From positions 673 to 64,672 of IMG/VR virus record IMGVR_UViG_3300009619_000001: a stretch of 64,000 nt of DNA, one strand, 5' to 3'. The notes beneath the pieces were generated by a model. The model made no database searches, was not told the origin of the DNA, and saw only the letters and a list, made by a program, of their open reading frames with translations. Position numbers and translations under genes: made by a program. Positions 9,434 through 18,545 of this stretch are shown here, in pieces. Every line of letters begins with the position of its first letter. The stretch's first letter is position 1. This DNA comes from a virus. Lineage: Duplodnaviria > Caudoviricetes.

Positions 9434-10969
9434 TTAGTGTGTAGCACTTAAAATACCACAAGACAAAGGATTACGAACAATAACACCAGATTCAGACATG
9501 ATTTGACATGTGAATGAGTCGTCACCGTTAGCAGCCAACATTGATTTTTGATCGTAAGGGTTAACCATACCAGGAATGTATTTTTTCACATAGTTACGGT
9601 TAAGACCATCAGATCCTTTAGCAATTAACTGAATGTTAGGTACACCATCTACAGACGAGAAGTCTAAGAATACCATTTTACCAGACATAGTTCCACCAGA
9701 ACTAGACCCACCAGCACCAGCTTCAGCACCAAAAGCATTAACGTCATCAAATACTGGGCAGTAAGCAATAGTAAGTTTATTACCTAATACATAGTAAGAT
9801 ACAAAGTTAACACCCAAAGATACATCAGATCCAGTTTTCATAGACTGCATAGATCCGCCAGAAGCAGAACCTGTACCACTAACAGCTGCAGTTGCTCCAA
9901 CAGAAATGTCTTTCATAGCTCTGTGGAATTGGTATCGACCTTCTGTACCAGTAAATACTACCCATTCGTTTCCTTCAGGAGATTTAGCGTTACGAGAAAG
10001 CTCTGCAATAAATCGAGCTAATTTGTCTTCTGTAAGACCCTCACCATCAGCAGTACCAACATTGTAAGACATGTCAATAGAACCTTCGATTTGAGCTAAA
10101 ATACCATCACCCATTAAAGCAGAGGCAGTACCATCAACAGCACCAGCTTGACCTGGGAAAGTATAAGCATCAGCAGCGGTTCCTGTAACGTTGTTTCTAC
10201 CGAACCATCGTTGAAGCTCTAATTGATACATAAACTCATCAGTAAACAATTTCTCTGCAGTAAAATACCACAATTTAGATCCATTGTTTTCAATCCAAGT
10301 CACATCAGTTAAAGCAGAACCTGTAATAGATTGCTTACGTCTGTTTAGTGTTAACCAGTTTTTATGAGTTTCTGGGTAAGCAACGCTTTCAGATACAGAA
10401 GTACCTAAAGAACCTTCACCAAAAGCAGAACCTAAACGAGCAACAGTAACGCTTGGTGCAAGATCAGTAGCTGAATAACCATTAGAGAATCTAATTTGAT
10501 AACCCCAAGCGTCAGCTGTAGCAACTGTGTGACTTTGAAGTTGAGCACTTAATGCTTGATCAACAGGCGGTTTATTAGTATCTTTTTTTACTGTAGTACC
10601 ATCATCTTCTGTGTGGCCAATTACAGTACCAACAGCGTTACCAATCATTACTACGTCATTAATAGATAAATCTCTATTAAGAACAGGTAAAAGTACAGTT
10701 ACTGCACTTGCTTGCGCTGTTGTAATAGCTGTTATATCAGCTAATTTAATTTCACGATTTGAACGACCTAAAACTTTCCACTCGAAAGATTTATCGCCCA
10801 TTACTTTTACGTTTGCATGACGACCTGTTCTTTCTAATAGGTACGTTAGTGCAAAACGAGGGTATTGCTGAATTAAAGTAGATCCAATCTCAGGATACTT
10901 TAACATAGCACTTACCAACGAATTTGACGCTTGAGTTTCAACCCCAAACGTTCCAGATGTTGTTTTCAT
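9434..10969 (-). CDS. Major capsid protein (crAss-like HK97 fold)
   Basis: 511 aa; FEWKVLG, RLGSAFGEGS, LTLNRRKQSITG and GDGILAQI motifs; follows scaffold and portal genes. Confidence 0.9.
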   Translation of the reverse strand: MKTTSGTFGVETQASNSLVSAMLKYPEIGSTLIQQYPRFALTYLLERTGRHANVKVMGDKSFEWKVLGRSNREIKLADITAITTAQASAVTVLLPVLNRDLSINDVVMIGNAVGTVIGHTEDDGTTVKKDTNKPPVDQALSAQLQSHTVATADAWGYQIRFSNGYSATDLAPSVTVARLGSAFGEGSLGTSVSESVAYPETHKNWLTLNRRKQSITGSALTDVTWIENNGSKLWYFTAEKLFTDEFMYQLELQRWFGRNNVTGTAADAYTFPGQAGAVDGTASALMGDGILAQIEGSIDMSYNVGTADGEGLTEDKLARFIAELSRNAKSPEGNEWVVFTGTEGRYQFHRAMKDISVGATAAVSGTGSASGGSMQSMKTGSDVSLGVNFVSYYVLGNKLTIAYCPVFDDVNAFGAEAGAGGSSSGGTMSGKMVFLDFSSVDGVPNIQLIAKGSDGLNRNYVKKYIPGMVNPYDQKSMLAANGDDSFTCQIMSESGVIVRNPLSCGILSATH

Positions 10970-11064
10970 TTCTTTTTACAATTTAGAAATATTAATAAAA
11001 TAATTTAAAAATTGCATTTACTTAATTATTATTTTAAAACGTAACATTGACAGCATTAAAATTA

Positions 11065-12081
11065 TTATCCCATAAATGCTGAAGGATCAAACCCAGAGCC
11101 TTTCTTATATTTAGGCTTACTGTTTCCTCTACCTCCTTTATTGGTAAGGTTGTCTAACACACTACCCTTACCTTCTTCGAAGCCTTGCGACTTCAGCAAT
11201 TTCTGTATTTGCTTTCGGTTCTTCCATAAGAACGCTGCCTCCGCAACATTGGCATGAGACTTATAAATGTCCTCATTAAAGTTACCGTTTGTTATATACT
11301 TATACAGATCTTTTCTTTGTTCTACAGTTACTTTCCCACCAAGGTAATTATTAAAACCTTTTAGGTGAGACTGCAAGTCTTTTCTTGCTTGTTCTTGAGC
11401 TTGCTTTTGCTCTTGAATCTTGCTTTGCTCACTTTTTTGAACTGACTCTTTTTCTGTTCGAATAGCATTTCTTAATTGCTTTCTAATTTTTAAAGCTTCA
11501 TGCTTTAACATTCCAGAGTCTTCCATTCTATCAAGAGAATCGTCAACATCGTACTCATCCATTCCAGTTGCTTTCATGTCAGCAGCCAAAAGCTCCCTAT
11601 CTGAAAGACCTAAATATCCTTCGTACTTTTTAGTTGTATCATTAGCTACTTCAGGCTCATTTTTAGAGTTTAAAGCTTTAATAATATCTTCTTTAGACGC
11701 ACCTTCTAAACCAAGCTCTTCAGCTACTGAATCCCAGTTAAGTCCTTCTTCACTTTTAGGTTCATCGTCTTCGGTAGAAGATTCTTCCTCAGATTCGTTA
11801 GAGTCTTCAAAATCCCAATCCTCTTCTGAGCTTTCTTGCTCAACCTCGTCTACAACCTCTTCTTCTTGATCAGATCCCCAATCAAAATCTGAATCATCAT
11901 CTTCCTGTACATCTTCCTGTACACTATCCTCAGTTTCCTCTACTAAAGCTGTAGGTTCTACTTCAGATTTTTCTTCTTCAACTTGACCTACAGTATCTAC
12001 TAGCTTATCAAGTCCAGCAAAAGCTTCAGGATTAAACTCCTTAACCTCTTCGCTTAATGTTTCTTTTTTCTCTGCTTCCAT
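11065..12081 (-). CDS. Probable capsid scaffolding protein
   Basis: Very acidic N-terminal half, coiled-coil C-terminal half, between portal and MCP. Confidence 0.7.
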   Translation of the reverse strand: MEAEKKETLSEEVKEFNPEAFAGLDKLVDTVGQVEEEKSEVEPTALVEETEDSVQEDVQEDDDSDFDWGSDQEEEVVDEVEQESSEEDWDFEDSNESEEESSTEDDEPKSEEGLNWDSVAEELGLEGASKEDIIKALNSKNEPEVANDTTKKYEGYLGLSDRELLAADMKATGMDEYDVDDSLDRMEDSGMLKHEALKIRKQLRNAIRTEKESVQKSEQSKIQEQKQAQEQARKDLQSHLKGFNNYLGGKVTVEQRKDLYKYITNGNFNEDIYKSHANVAEAAFLWKNRKQIQKLLKSQGFEEGKGSVLDNLTNKGGRGNSKPKYKKGSGFDPSAFMG

Positions 12082-12117
12082 TTTGCAATATTACTAAAAA
12101 TTTGTTACTAAAAAAAA

Positions 12118-14295
12118 TTAATCTTTAATTTGACCTTTTAATTGTCCTTCCATTTGATTTAATGCAGCGTCTGCACGCTTAGTTCCGTAAGCGTCATCAG
12201 ACAGTATTTCTGCAGTTTCTAATTTAGATTGATGCTGTATTTCAGCAACCTTAATCCTAGTTTCGTTATCAAGCTTATTCATTTCAACTTCAATTTCTAA
12301 CTCTTGTTGTTTAGCTTGAGCTTCTGCTTGAGCTTGCTCAGACATAGCTTGTTGTTGCTGTGCTTGCATTTCTTTAGCAGCTTCTAAACCTCTTTCAAGG
12401 ATGTGCTCTGCTTCAGTCATAGTATCAGACTTATATATTCTAATTACGTCTAGCATATCTATTTGACCAGACTGTAAAGCTGATTGAGCTAACTGACTTA
12501 CAGCAGCCTTCATTTGCTCATCTTTACCTCCGTCACCCAAGAATACTCCGTAGTCATTTAATGCTACATCTGGCATTATTGATATAAACTTATAAGTACC
12601 GTCACCAAAAACAGTTGCAGTCTTTTTTCCTTCAGACCAGCAAACCTTCATTAAGTTAGCACAACGCATAAGTACATCTTGCTTTGCCATATCGTGTGAC
12701 CAAAACCAAGATCTTGTAATAGTAGCCGACTGTACTACAGCTCTTTGCTGATTACCTACTTGCTCATACTGTTCAACCTGACCTTCACGCTGCTTAGTTA
12801 CACCTGATACTTGACCAGCCATATCTTCTAGCATTACTTTAAGGTTTATAAGTTGCTGTACAGAATTAGACAATGTAAAGTCTATTTGCTGAAATTGATT
12901 AAATGTTTGCGCTTGCAAACCTTCATCTTTAGAGTTTATAGGTATAATACCATCATTTTTGATATGATACATTACATCTTGCATGTTCATACCTAAATTA
13001 GCTGGCATTTGTGCTACATCATACACAACAGCTTTACCACCAGACCTAGCCATACATAGTTCTATATGATACATAGTTATGTTGTAAAGCATTTGCACGT
13101 TTTTAAGCAAATCTACCATAGATACAGGGTTACCTGTAGTATGATTTCTTACAACACCTATGTAGCTTAGATTAGCTGCACTAGGATCGTCTAAAGATCT
13201 TATTTGATTAGGAACTCTTTGGCAGTTAACCATAATCTTACCACCAATCTTAGTTGCCTGCCAAATATCATCAATAACAACTTTTCTTATCTTTTCACCC
13301 TTACGTTTTTTGTATTTATCAGAAACCATCTTTCTAAATGGTTTATCTTCATCATGTTTGTTAGGGCTTATTTTATATTGCATTTTCTTAAGTGATCTCC
13401 ACTCTGCGTGAACAACTTTAACTCTAAGCTCACCAGACTCACCTTTCATGTACCAGTTTCTGTATTCAGAATAAAGGTCAAGACTGTTTTGGTTAGACAA
13501 AGACTCTATAAGCTCAATATCCTTATCAGAAAGAACTTCACCAAACTCATCTACTATATCACTAGGAGATAGCCACCTTTCTTCTGTAATCCAGTTAGCT
13601 TCTCCAAGATCGTCAGTTTCTGTAGATAAATCGTAAGCTAAAGCTCTAGGGTCTACCCTTCTAACGTGTGGATCACCATCTTTTATTTCTACTCTATAAC
13701 ATTCTTTACCTGTAATAAGTAAATCTCTAAATCCTTCTTTAAATTTGTTTTTAAGCTTGTACTTGTTTACAAGAAACTCAAGACCATCTTGCACAGACTC
13801 TTCTATAGACTCTCTATAGTTGTATCTCATAAAAGTATCTATATCGTCAGGTATAGGTATTTCTTGACCTTCAGTCTTAACGTCTATACCCATTTCACCC
13901 ATCTGCTCTTTAACTTCTTCAAGCAATTTATTCATAACCATAGAAACTTTATGGTCTTCTTTTCTATTAATAGCCTCTTGATTTATCGTAACTACCTTAG
14001 TATCAAGTGGTCTATGAAGATCTTCTCCTAGCAACAGATCTATCTTAGGTTGTACAATAGGGTAGTTTACTAATCTTGCAGGGTAATTGTATCCATACTG
14101 TTCAGTAAGATATTTATAATCATCTCTATTGAAATCACCATTATATATATCGTAGTTTCTAATGTCTTTTAATTTATACCTATTTTCTGGGCTATCTACA
14201 TGATCTGTAGAGTTAACTATAGCGTTAAGCATTTGCTCACACCACTTCTTATCTTTTTTAGAGTCAGGTATTAATTGGCTAGGAAAATTCTTCAT
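12118..14295 (-). CDS. Portal protein
   Basis: 725 aa; NYPIVQPKIDLLLGE, FRDLLITGKE, DIWQATKIG and VSGVTKQREGQV motifs typical of crAss-like portals; follows the terminase. Confidence 0.9.
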   Translation of the reverse strand: MKNFPSQLIPDSKKDKKWCEQMLNAIVNSTDHVDSPENRYKLKDIRNYDIYNGDFNRDDYKYLTEQYGYNYPARLVNYPIVQPKIDLLLGEDLHRPLDTKVVTINQEAINRKEDHKVSMVMNKLLEEVKEQMGEMGIDVKTEGQEIPIPDDIDTFMRYNYRESIEESVQDGLEFLVNKYKLKNKFKEGFRDLLITGKECYRVEIKDGDPHVRRVDPRALAYDLSTETDDLGEANWITEERWLSPSDIVDEFGEVLSDKDIELIESLSNQNSLDLYSEYRNWYMKGESGELRVKVVHAEWRSLKKMQYKISPNKHDEDKPFRKMVSDKYKKRKGEKIRKVVIDDIWQATKIGGKIMVNCQRVPNQIRSLDDPSAANLSYIGVVRNHTTGNPVSMVDLLKNVQMLYNITMYHIELCMARSGGKAVVYDVAQMPANLGMNMQDVMYHIKNDGIIPINSKDEGLQAQTFNQFQQIDFTLSNSVQQLINLKVMLEDMAGQVSGVTKQREGQVEQYEQVGNQQRAVVQSATITRSWFWSHDMAKQDVLMRCANLMKVCWSEGKKTATVFGDGTYKFISIMPDVALNDYGVFLGDGGKDEQMKAAVSQLAQSALQSGQIDMLDVIRIYKSDTMTEAEHILERGLEAAKEMQAQQQQAMSEQAQAEAQAKQQELEIEVEMNKLDNETRIKVAEIQHQSKLETAEILSDDAYGTKRADAALNQMEGQLKGQIKD

Positions 14296-16124
14296 TATTT
14301 TATATGTTTTATAGGAGTACCGTTACTATTATATTTATAATATATAAAACCACTTTCTTTTATGGCTTCAGTTTCTTTATTTTTTACTTCAATTGCAAAG
14401 TTATCATTTTCGTGGATTAAACACAAACCAAAGGCGATTGCTCTATCCGTATTCCTAGAACCCCAGTCGCAAAGCTCATCTAAAAGGTCTATAAACCAGA
14501 TTTCATCACCCCTTTCTTTTATGTAATCATACATTAGGGACTCCATATACGCCTTAATCTGCTTATTCATGTGGATACCGTAGTTATTTCTAGTCTTAGT
14601 ACCAGGAGAGTGTGCAGATCTAGGTTTAGTCTTTAAATATTTTTGCGCCCTATTTCTGAGGAAATAGTCTAATATACCAATCTTTGTATATTCAATAAGC
14701 ATTTGTGCGTTATAGTAAACAGCTAATTTTAAGCATCCGTCATAAAATTGCTCTGCTGTTTCAGGTCTATCTGTATATTCAGCAATAGGTAGCCTATATG
14801 GTTGATTAGTATCAGCTATCCTTCTAAATATCATAGCAGAACCTAAAGACGGAGCAGCACCAGCTTGATCTTGATCGTAAGAATCAATACCACCAATATC
14901 TAAACCAGCCATGTGCCTTTGTGGTTCGTGCAATATTTTATAAGGGCCGTGAGGGTGTGGCGTAAACACAACTTTATCTGTTAAGCCATTCTCATTTATC
15001 ACCCAATCTAAGTTACCAGTAGTAATATGTTGCTCTGGGTCTGCAAGTGTCTGAACCCTAGCTCTTTGCTGATTAAGCAATGCTATATCAAACCTAGAGC
15101 CTTTAGTTTTTAAGAACGCTTCTTGTACTGTAAGAGGGTAGTTTTGCAAGTGTAAGTTGTATGCTTTACTATCCCCACCATTGTCAAGTATTTTTTGTCG
15201 CTCATTCTCTATATACTCATGAGCTTTTTTATCATCATCCACTCCAGTCTTAGGACTAAAGAATCCGTGAAGAGCTTTAGATGCAGGTATAAACATAGGG
15301 ATTAGGTTAAACGCCTCTGCATTATAGTACATATCCATAAAGTCAGCAGACGCTGCATCAATGTCACCCCCAGTTCCACCAATAACAGGAACGCCATACT
15401 GATAAGCACCATCCATGAAACAAGCCTTAGATGACATATATGCGTTCTTTAACCTTTTAAACTCCCCAGCTTCTTCAAATATCATTATTGACAGACGCTC
15501 ACCTTTGTAAACTTCAGGATCATCCATCGTTCTACAATGTATAACAGATTGATAACCGCCTATCTCCCACCTACCTTCATTGTTCTTTTGCTTGTACCCA
15601 GCCCTAAGAACATCTTTAGTATCCTTAAGCCAACCATGCCGAAAATTAGGGTGTTGGTTTTGCAACCCTTTTTTGACTTTGTCAAAGAAAGAATTTGCTG
15701 TCACACCAAGTCCAGCCGCAATTCCTACCTCGGAATGCGGAAAGAAAGTAAATTCGTGACCGACTAGCCCTGAGTTCATATAGGAAAACCCTTTATCCCT
15801 AGCTTTAATCACAATCATCCCTTTACCTTCCTCCCTGCAAGTATGGAAGAGGTTAAAATACTCTCTATCCATATCCCTATACCAGGGGTATATTAAGCTT
15901 TTACGATTTCCATCACTACCATCATTACCAAGAATCATGTAGTAGTTTAGATACCAATAGTAGTTACCAGGTATCCACTCCCCACCAGGGGGTTTATAGC
16001 CATTAATACACCTGTGCATCTCTTCCTCCCAATAATCTTGATACGCAAGACTATCTGCATCTAGTTTAGGGTGTCCGTTGTTAGGTATTGGCCTGTAAGC
16101 CTGTACGTCAAATTTCTTAGCCAT
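14295..16124 (-). CDS. terL: Terminase large subunit
   Basis: Walker A-like IKARDKGFS, Walker B IFEEAG, GGTGG coupling motif, RNase H-like nuclease GGIDSYD; no intein seen. Confidence 0.93.
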   Translation of the reverse strand: MAKKFDVQAYRPIPNNGHPKLDADSLAYQDYWEEEMHRCINGYKPPGGEWIPGNYYWYLNYYMILGNDGSDGNRKSLIYPWYRDMDREYFNLFHTCREEGKGMIVIKARDKGFSYMNSGLVGHEFTFFPHSEVGIAAGLGVTANSFFDKVKKGLQNQHPNFRHGWLKDTKDVLRAGYKQKNNEGRWEIGGYQSVIHCRTMDDPEVYKGERLSIMIFEEAGEFKRLKNAYMSSKACFMDGAYQYGVPVIGGTGGDIDAASADFMDMYYNAEAFNLIPMFIPASKALHGFFSPKTGVDDDKKAHEYIENERQKILDNGGDSKAYNLHLQNYPLTVQEAFLKTKGSRFDIALLNQQRARVQTLADPEQHITTGNLDWVINENGLTDKVVFTPHPHGPYKILHEPQRHMAGLDIGGIDSYDQDQAGAAPSLGSAMIFRRIADTNQPYRLPIAEYTDRPETAEQFYDGCLKLAVYYNAQMLIEYTKIGILDYFLRNRAQKYLKTKPRSAHSPGTKTRNNYGIHMNKQIKAYMESLMYDYIKERGDEIWFIDLLDELCDWGSRNTDRAIAFGLCLIHENDNFAIEVKNKETEAIKESGFIYYKYNSNGTPIKHIK

Positions 16125-16660
16125 TAAACGTCTTTTAGTCTAACTTCTCTATTTTCTAGAAAGCTAAGTGTTTGCTCACCACTAATAGTCTTTCTCTCAC
16201 CCCTTCGCTCTATTGCTTCTAGCAAAACGGTACGAGTACCTAGTAGTTTTTCAATACCGATCATAACTTTCTGAAGGTCTTCAGCAGTTTCTTGATCTAA
16301 GTGCCACTCATTAATAAGTGTAGTGTATTGATCTATCTTTTTATTAAACGCCTCTAACTGATCGTCAAGAGGATCTCTTTGTAGTTTGCGATACTTATCT
16401 ATAGCCGCCTTCATCAAAGGATGTTTAGTGTCAGCCCATTCAGGCTTCCCAGTTAAATCCGTGCATATCTGCCGAACCCTATCCTTTTCGTTTAAGTATC
16501 TATATGGTGAATCGTAGTCTTGACTTAAAGCAACAAACCTCATTCCTTTCTGTCCTAACTTCTTATCCTTTAAAACCTTTTGAAACTCTGGAACGCCTAG
16601 CACCCCATTGTCTTCATCAGTAACACTCTCTCCTTTCTTACTAATCTTTAATAGATACAT
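16124..16660 (-). CDS. Probable terminase small subunit
   Basis: 178 aa helical protein overlapping the TerL start, the usual TerS position. Confidence 0.55.
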   Translation of the reverse strand: MYLLKISKKGESVTDEDNGVLGVPEFQKVLKDKKLGQKGMRFVALSQDYDSPYRYLNEKDRVRQICTDLTGKPEWADTKHPLMKAAIDKYRKLQRDPLDDQLEAFNKKIDQYTTLINEWHLDQETAEDLQKVMIGIEKLLGTRTVLLEAIERRGERKTISGEQTLSFLENREVRLKDV

Positions 16661-16989
16661 TATTTTTTTTCTAGTTTATACTTTAACATAAACATACCAA
16701 CATCAATAGTACTATCCATACCGATAGGTATCTCTACCTCTTCGTAGTCACCAGTCTGTTCGTTGTAATAAACATAGTTTAAGCTATCTACTATAGGATC
16801 ATTAAAGTACATATTGCGATCTAATATCTTGTAGTCATTATCTATTAACCAATTGTCAATCTCATTATCCATCGCTAGGTCTGGGGAGAACACGGAAAAG
16901 TCGTCAGTCTCAAACTCTAACACAAGAGAGTCTAATAACTCATCTCTGTAAATATCCCCATAAGGAGTTTGTATATATGATTTTACCAT
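16660..16989 (-). CDS. Hypothetical acidic protein
   Basis: 109 aa ORF translationally coupled to the downstream gene. Confidence 0.6.
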   Translation of the reverse strand: MVKSYIQTPYGDIYRDELLDSLVLEFETDDFSVFSPDLAMDNEIDNWLIDNDYKILDRNMYFNDPIVDSLNYVYYNEQTGDYEEVEIPIGMDSTIDVGMFMLKYKLEKK

Positions 16990-17003
16990 TTTTATTTATT
17001 TAG

Positions 17004-17152
17004 CTGTAGGGGAAGGATTCGAACCTCCACGTAGTAGTTAGCTAGAGAACATTAGTTGCAACTTGGTGGTCAACCCCTTTTATCCTAAAGTTTATCCATT
17101 TATCTACACCTCCGAGACAGGGAGGCATGTCTGCCTATTTCATCACCCTACA
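17004..17152 (-). tRNA. Atypical tRNA-like RNA: class II (Leu/Ser-like) body, GTC (Asp) anticodon, 80-nt variable region
   Basis: Acceptor TGTAGGG/CCCTACA; D arm ATG-AAATAGGCAGA-CAT; anticodon arm CCTCC-CTGTCTC-GGAGG; T arm GGAGG-TTCGAAT-CCTTC; discriminator G followed by CTA rather than CCA. Confidence 0.7.
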
Positions 17153-17157
17153 ATATA

Positions 17158-17205
17158 TTAATACTTAGGTCGCTTCGGTTTTTTAGGTTTGCACTTCTTA
17201 GCCAT
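17158..17205 (-). CDS. Possible 15-aa basic micropeptide MAKKCKPKKPKRPKY
   Basis: ATG...TAA between the promoter motif at 17234 and the tRNA-like RNA; below the ORF-track cutoff. Confidence 0.45.
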   Translation of the reverse strand: MAKKCKPKKPKRPKY

Positions 17206-17233
17206 AACTGAATATTCTTTTAAAGTTCTTTAG

Positions 17234-17241
17234 CAAAGATA
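17234..17241 (-). promoter_or_regulatory. Bacteroidota primary-sigma -7 element (TATCTTTG) driving the packaging/structural operon
   Basis: Matches TAnnTTTG; intergenic at the strand switch, 29 nt upstream of the first ATG. Confidence 0.65.
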
Positions 17242-17355
17242 AAATTTTTTTTTAAATGTGAAAGTGTGATGCCCTCTACTGGACACCCCCTGCTCCTCCC
17301 AATCTTTTGGCTACCGCCATCTATTTATTCAAAAACTAACCTAAATTCAACTACC

Positions 17356-17628
17356 ATGCTAAATTTAAACAACATCAACACTAAAGAAGTAAAGTCAGGA
17401 GTACAACTTGCTAAGACTATTGCTGCACATTACGGAGCACAAGCTATGAACAAGTACTGTAAGATAGGTGCTAACAAGGAAGAGAAAGAAGTATACGACC
17501 TTGTAGAAGAACACAACCAACAAGAACATAACAAAGTAATGAGTAAGACAACCAGAACAGAACGTAACACAGCTAAGTTAACCCTTTCGTTGGTCGGTTC
17601 ACTAGCATTAGGGTTAATTATCTCATAA
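17356..17628 (+). CDS. Early protein with C-terminal hydrophobic anchor
   Basis: Likely start MLNLNN at 17356 rather than 17266; ends LTLSLVGSLALGLIIS. Confidence 0.6.
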   Translation: MLNLNNINTKEVKSGVQLAKTIAAHYGAQAMNKYCKIGANKEEKEVYDLVEEHNQQEHNKVMSKTTRTERNTAKLTLSLVGSLALGLIIS

Positions 17629-17834
17629 AAACACGAGTGTAAACGAGTGATGCACTCTCACACCCAAAATAATCACTCAAAAACGCATCAAATCAACAAA
17701 GAACTACTATTTAGTTGTGATTTACGCTCATTATCATTGAAGAAACGCTTCAAGGTGAGTATTAGTTCGCGATCTATGTATTTAGTAGTTCACAAAACTA
17801 TTGGAGACGAACCTACCTTAGTGGTTCAAACATT

Positions 17835-18023
17835 ATGACTAATTCATCTGCATTCGATCACTTGTCTAAAGAGGAACAAGAATTATTAAGCGAATACATT
17901 AACGAAACTATTAAGGAGAATAAGAAAGTAGTTTATACAGGCGCTGAAGCTTGGAAAGACGTTAAGAAGACTGCGGTCATTACGACCACTGCTTTGCTTG
18001 GTATAGTGTTGTTTCCTGCTTAA
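17835..18023 (+). CDS. Small early protein with C-terminal hydrophobic anchor
   Basis: 62 aa ending TAVITTTALLGIVLFPA. Confidence 0.6.
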   Translation: MTNSSAFDHLSKEEQELLSEYINETIKENKKVVYTGAEAWKDVKKTAVITTTALLGIVLFPA

Positions 18024-18031
18024 GAAATTAG

Positions 18032-18358
18032 GCCTGCCATCAACAACTTTAGATTCTGTCTTGCTCGCTGTGTGTTAACACTACGATTAGTATGCAGCTG
18101 GGCAGGCGGAAAGTTGTAAAGAACAACTGCGCTATCTCGTATGGAGCAAAATATCTGATCCAAATACATTCCTGCATAAGTCGTCAACAAACCGTTGGAA
18201 GTACAAATGTAGGAAATATATTTATCAATTCAAATCATGTTAAAAACTAAGCGCAAAGAATTTTGCGGCTCGACATTCCTGTTATGGTAAGATCTATCTA
18301 ACGATAGTCTGTAAAGAAGTACTAAGCTATCTCTCGGTTCGACTCCGAGTACAGGATC
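18032..18358 (+). ncRNA. Candidate structured RNA ending in a tRNA-like T arm/acceptor module
   Basis: GCCTGCC(18032)/GGCAGGC(18101) multi-branch stem; AGTTG/CAACT hairpin; TTCCTGCAT/ATGTAGGAA stem; CTCGG-TTCGACT-CCGAG T arm; TCCTGT(18277)/ACAGGA(18351). Confidence 0.45.
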
Positions 18359-18383
18359 TATTCATTAACCTAAATCAATTACC

Positions 18384-18545
18384 ATGAAGAAGTTCATTGA
18401 CTTTATTGTGTTTATGACTCTGTTGTCCGTAAACATTATTATAGTGTTCGCGTTTGCATTAACAGGTTCACTAAGTATGCTCGTGTTGTTACCATTCGGT
18501 ATTATAACACTAATATTAACCTTAGAAAAATCATCATTATCATGA
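18384..18545 (+). CDS. Small two-TM membrane protein (53 aa)
   Basis: Manual translation MKKFIDFIVFMTLLSVNIIIVFAFALTGSLSMLVLLPFGIITLILTLEKSSLS; same strand as neighbours, ATGA-coupled to the next gene. Confidence 0.6.
   Translation: MKKFIDFIVFMTLLSVNIIIVFAFALTGSLSMLVLLPFGIITLILTLEKSSLS

Noticed and set aside
16990-17004. Theta/HDV-like ribozyme after the tRNA-like RNA, as reported for some Bacteroidota phage tRNAs
   Set aside because: The 3' trailer is a short AT-only stretch running into the next ATG, with no room or pairing for the ribozyme.
18277-18358. tRNA 3' fragment as an attP integration site
   Set aside because: No integrase or repressor is recognisable in the window, so a lysogeny function is unsupported.
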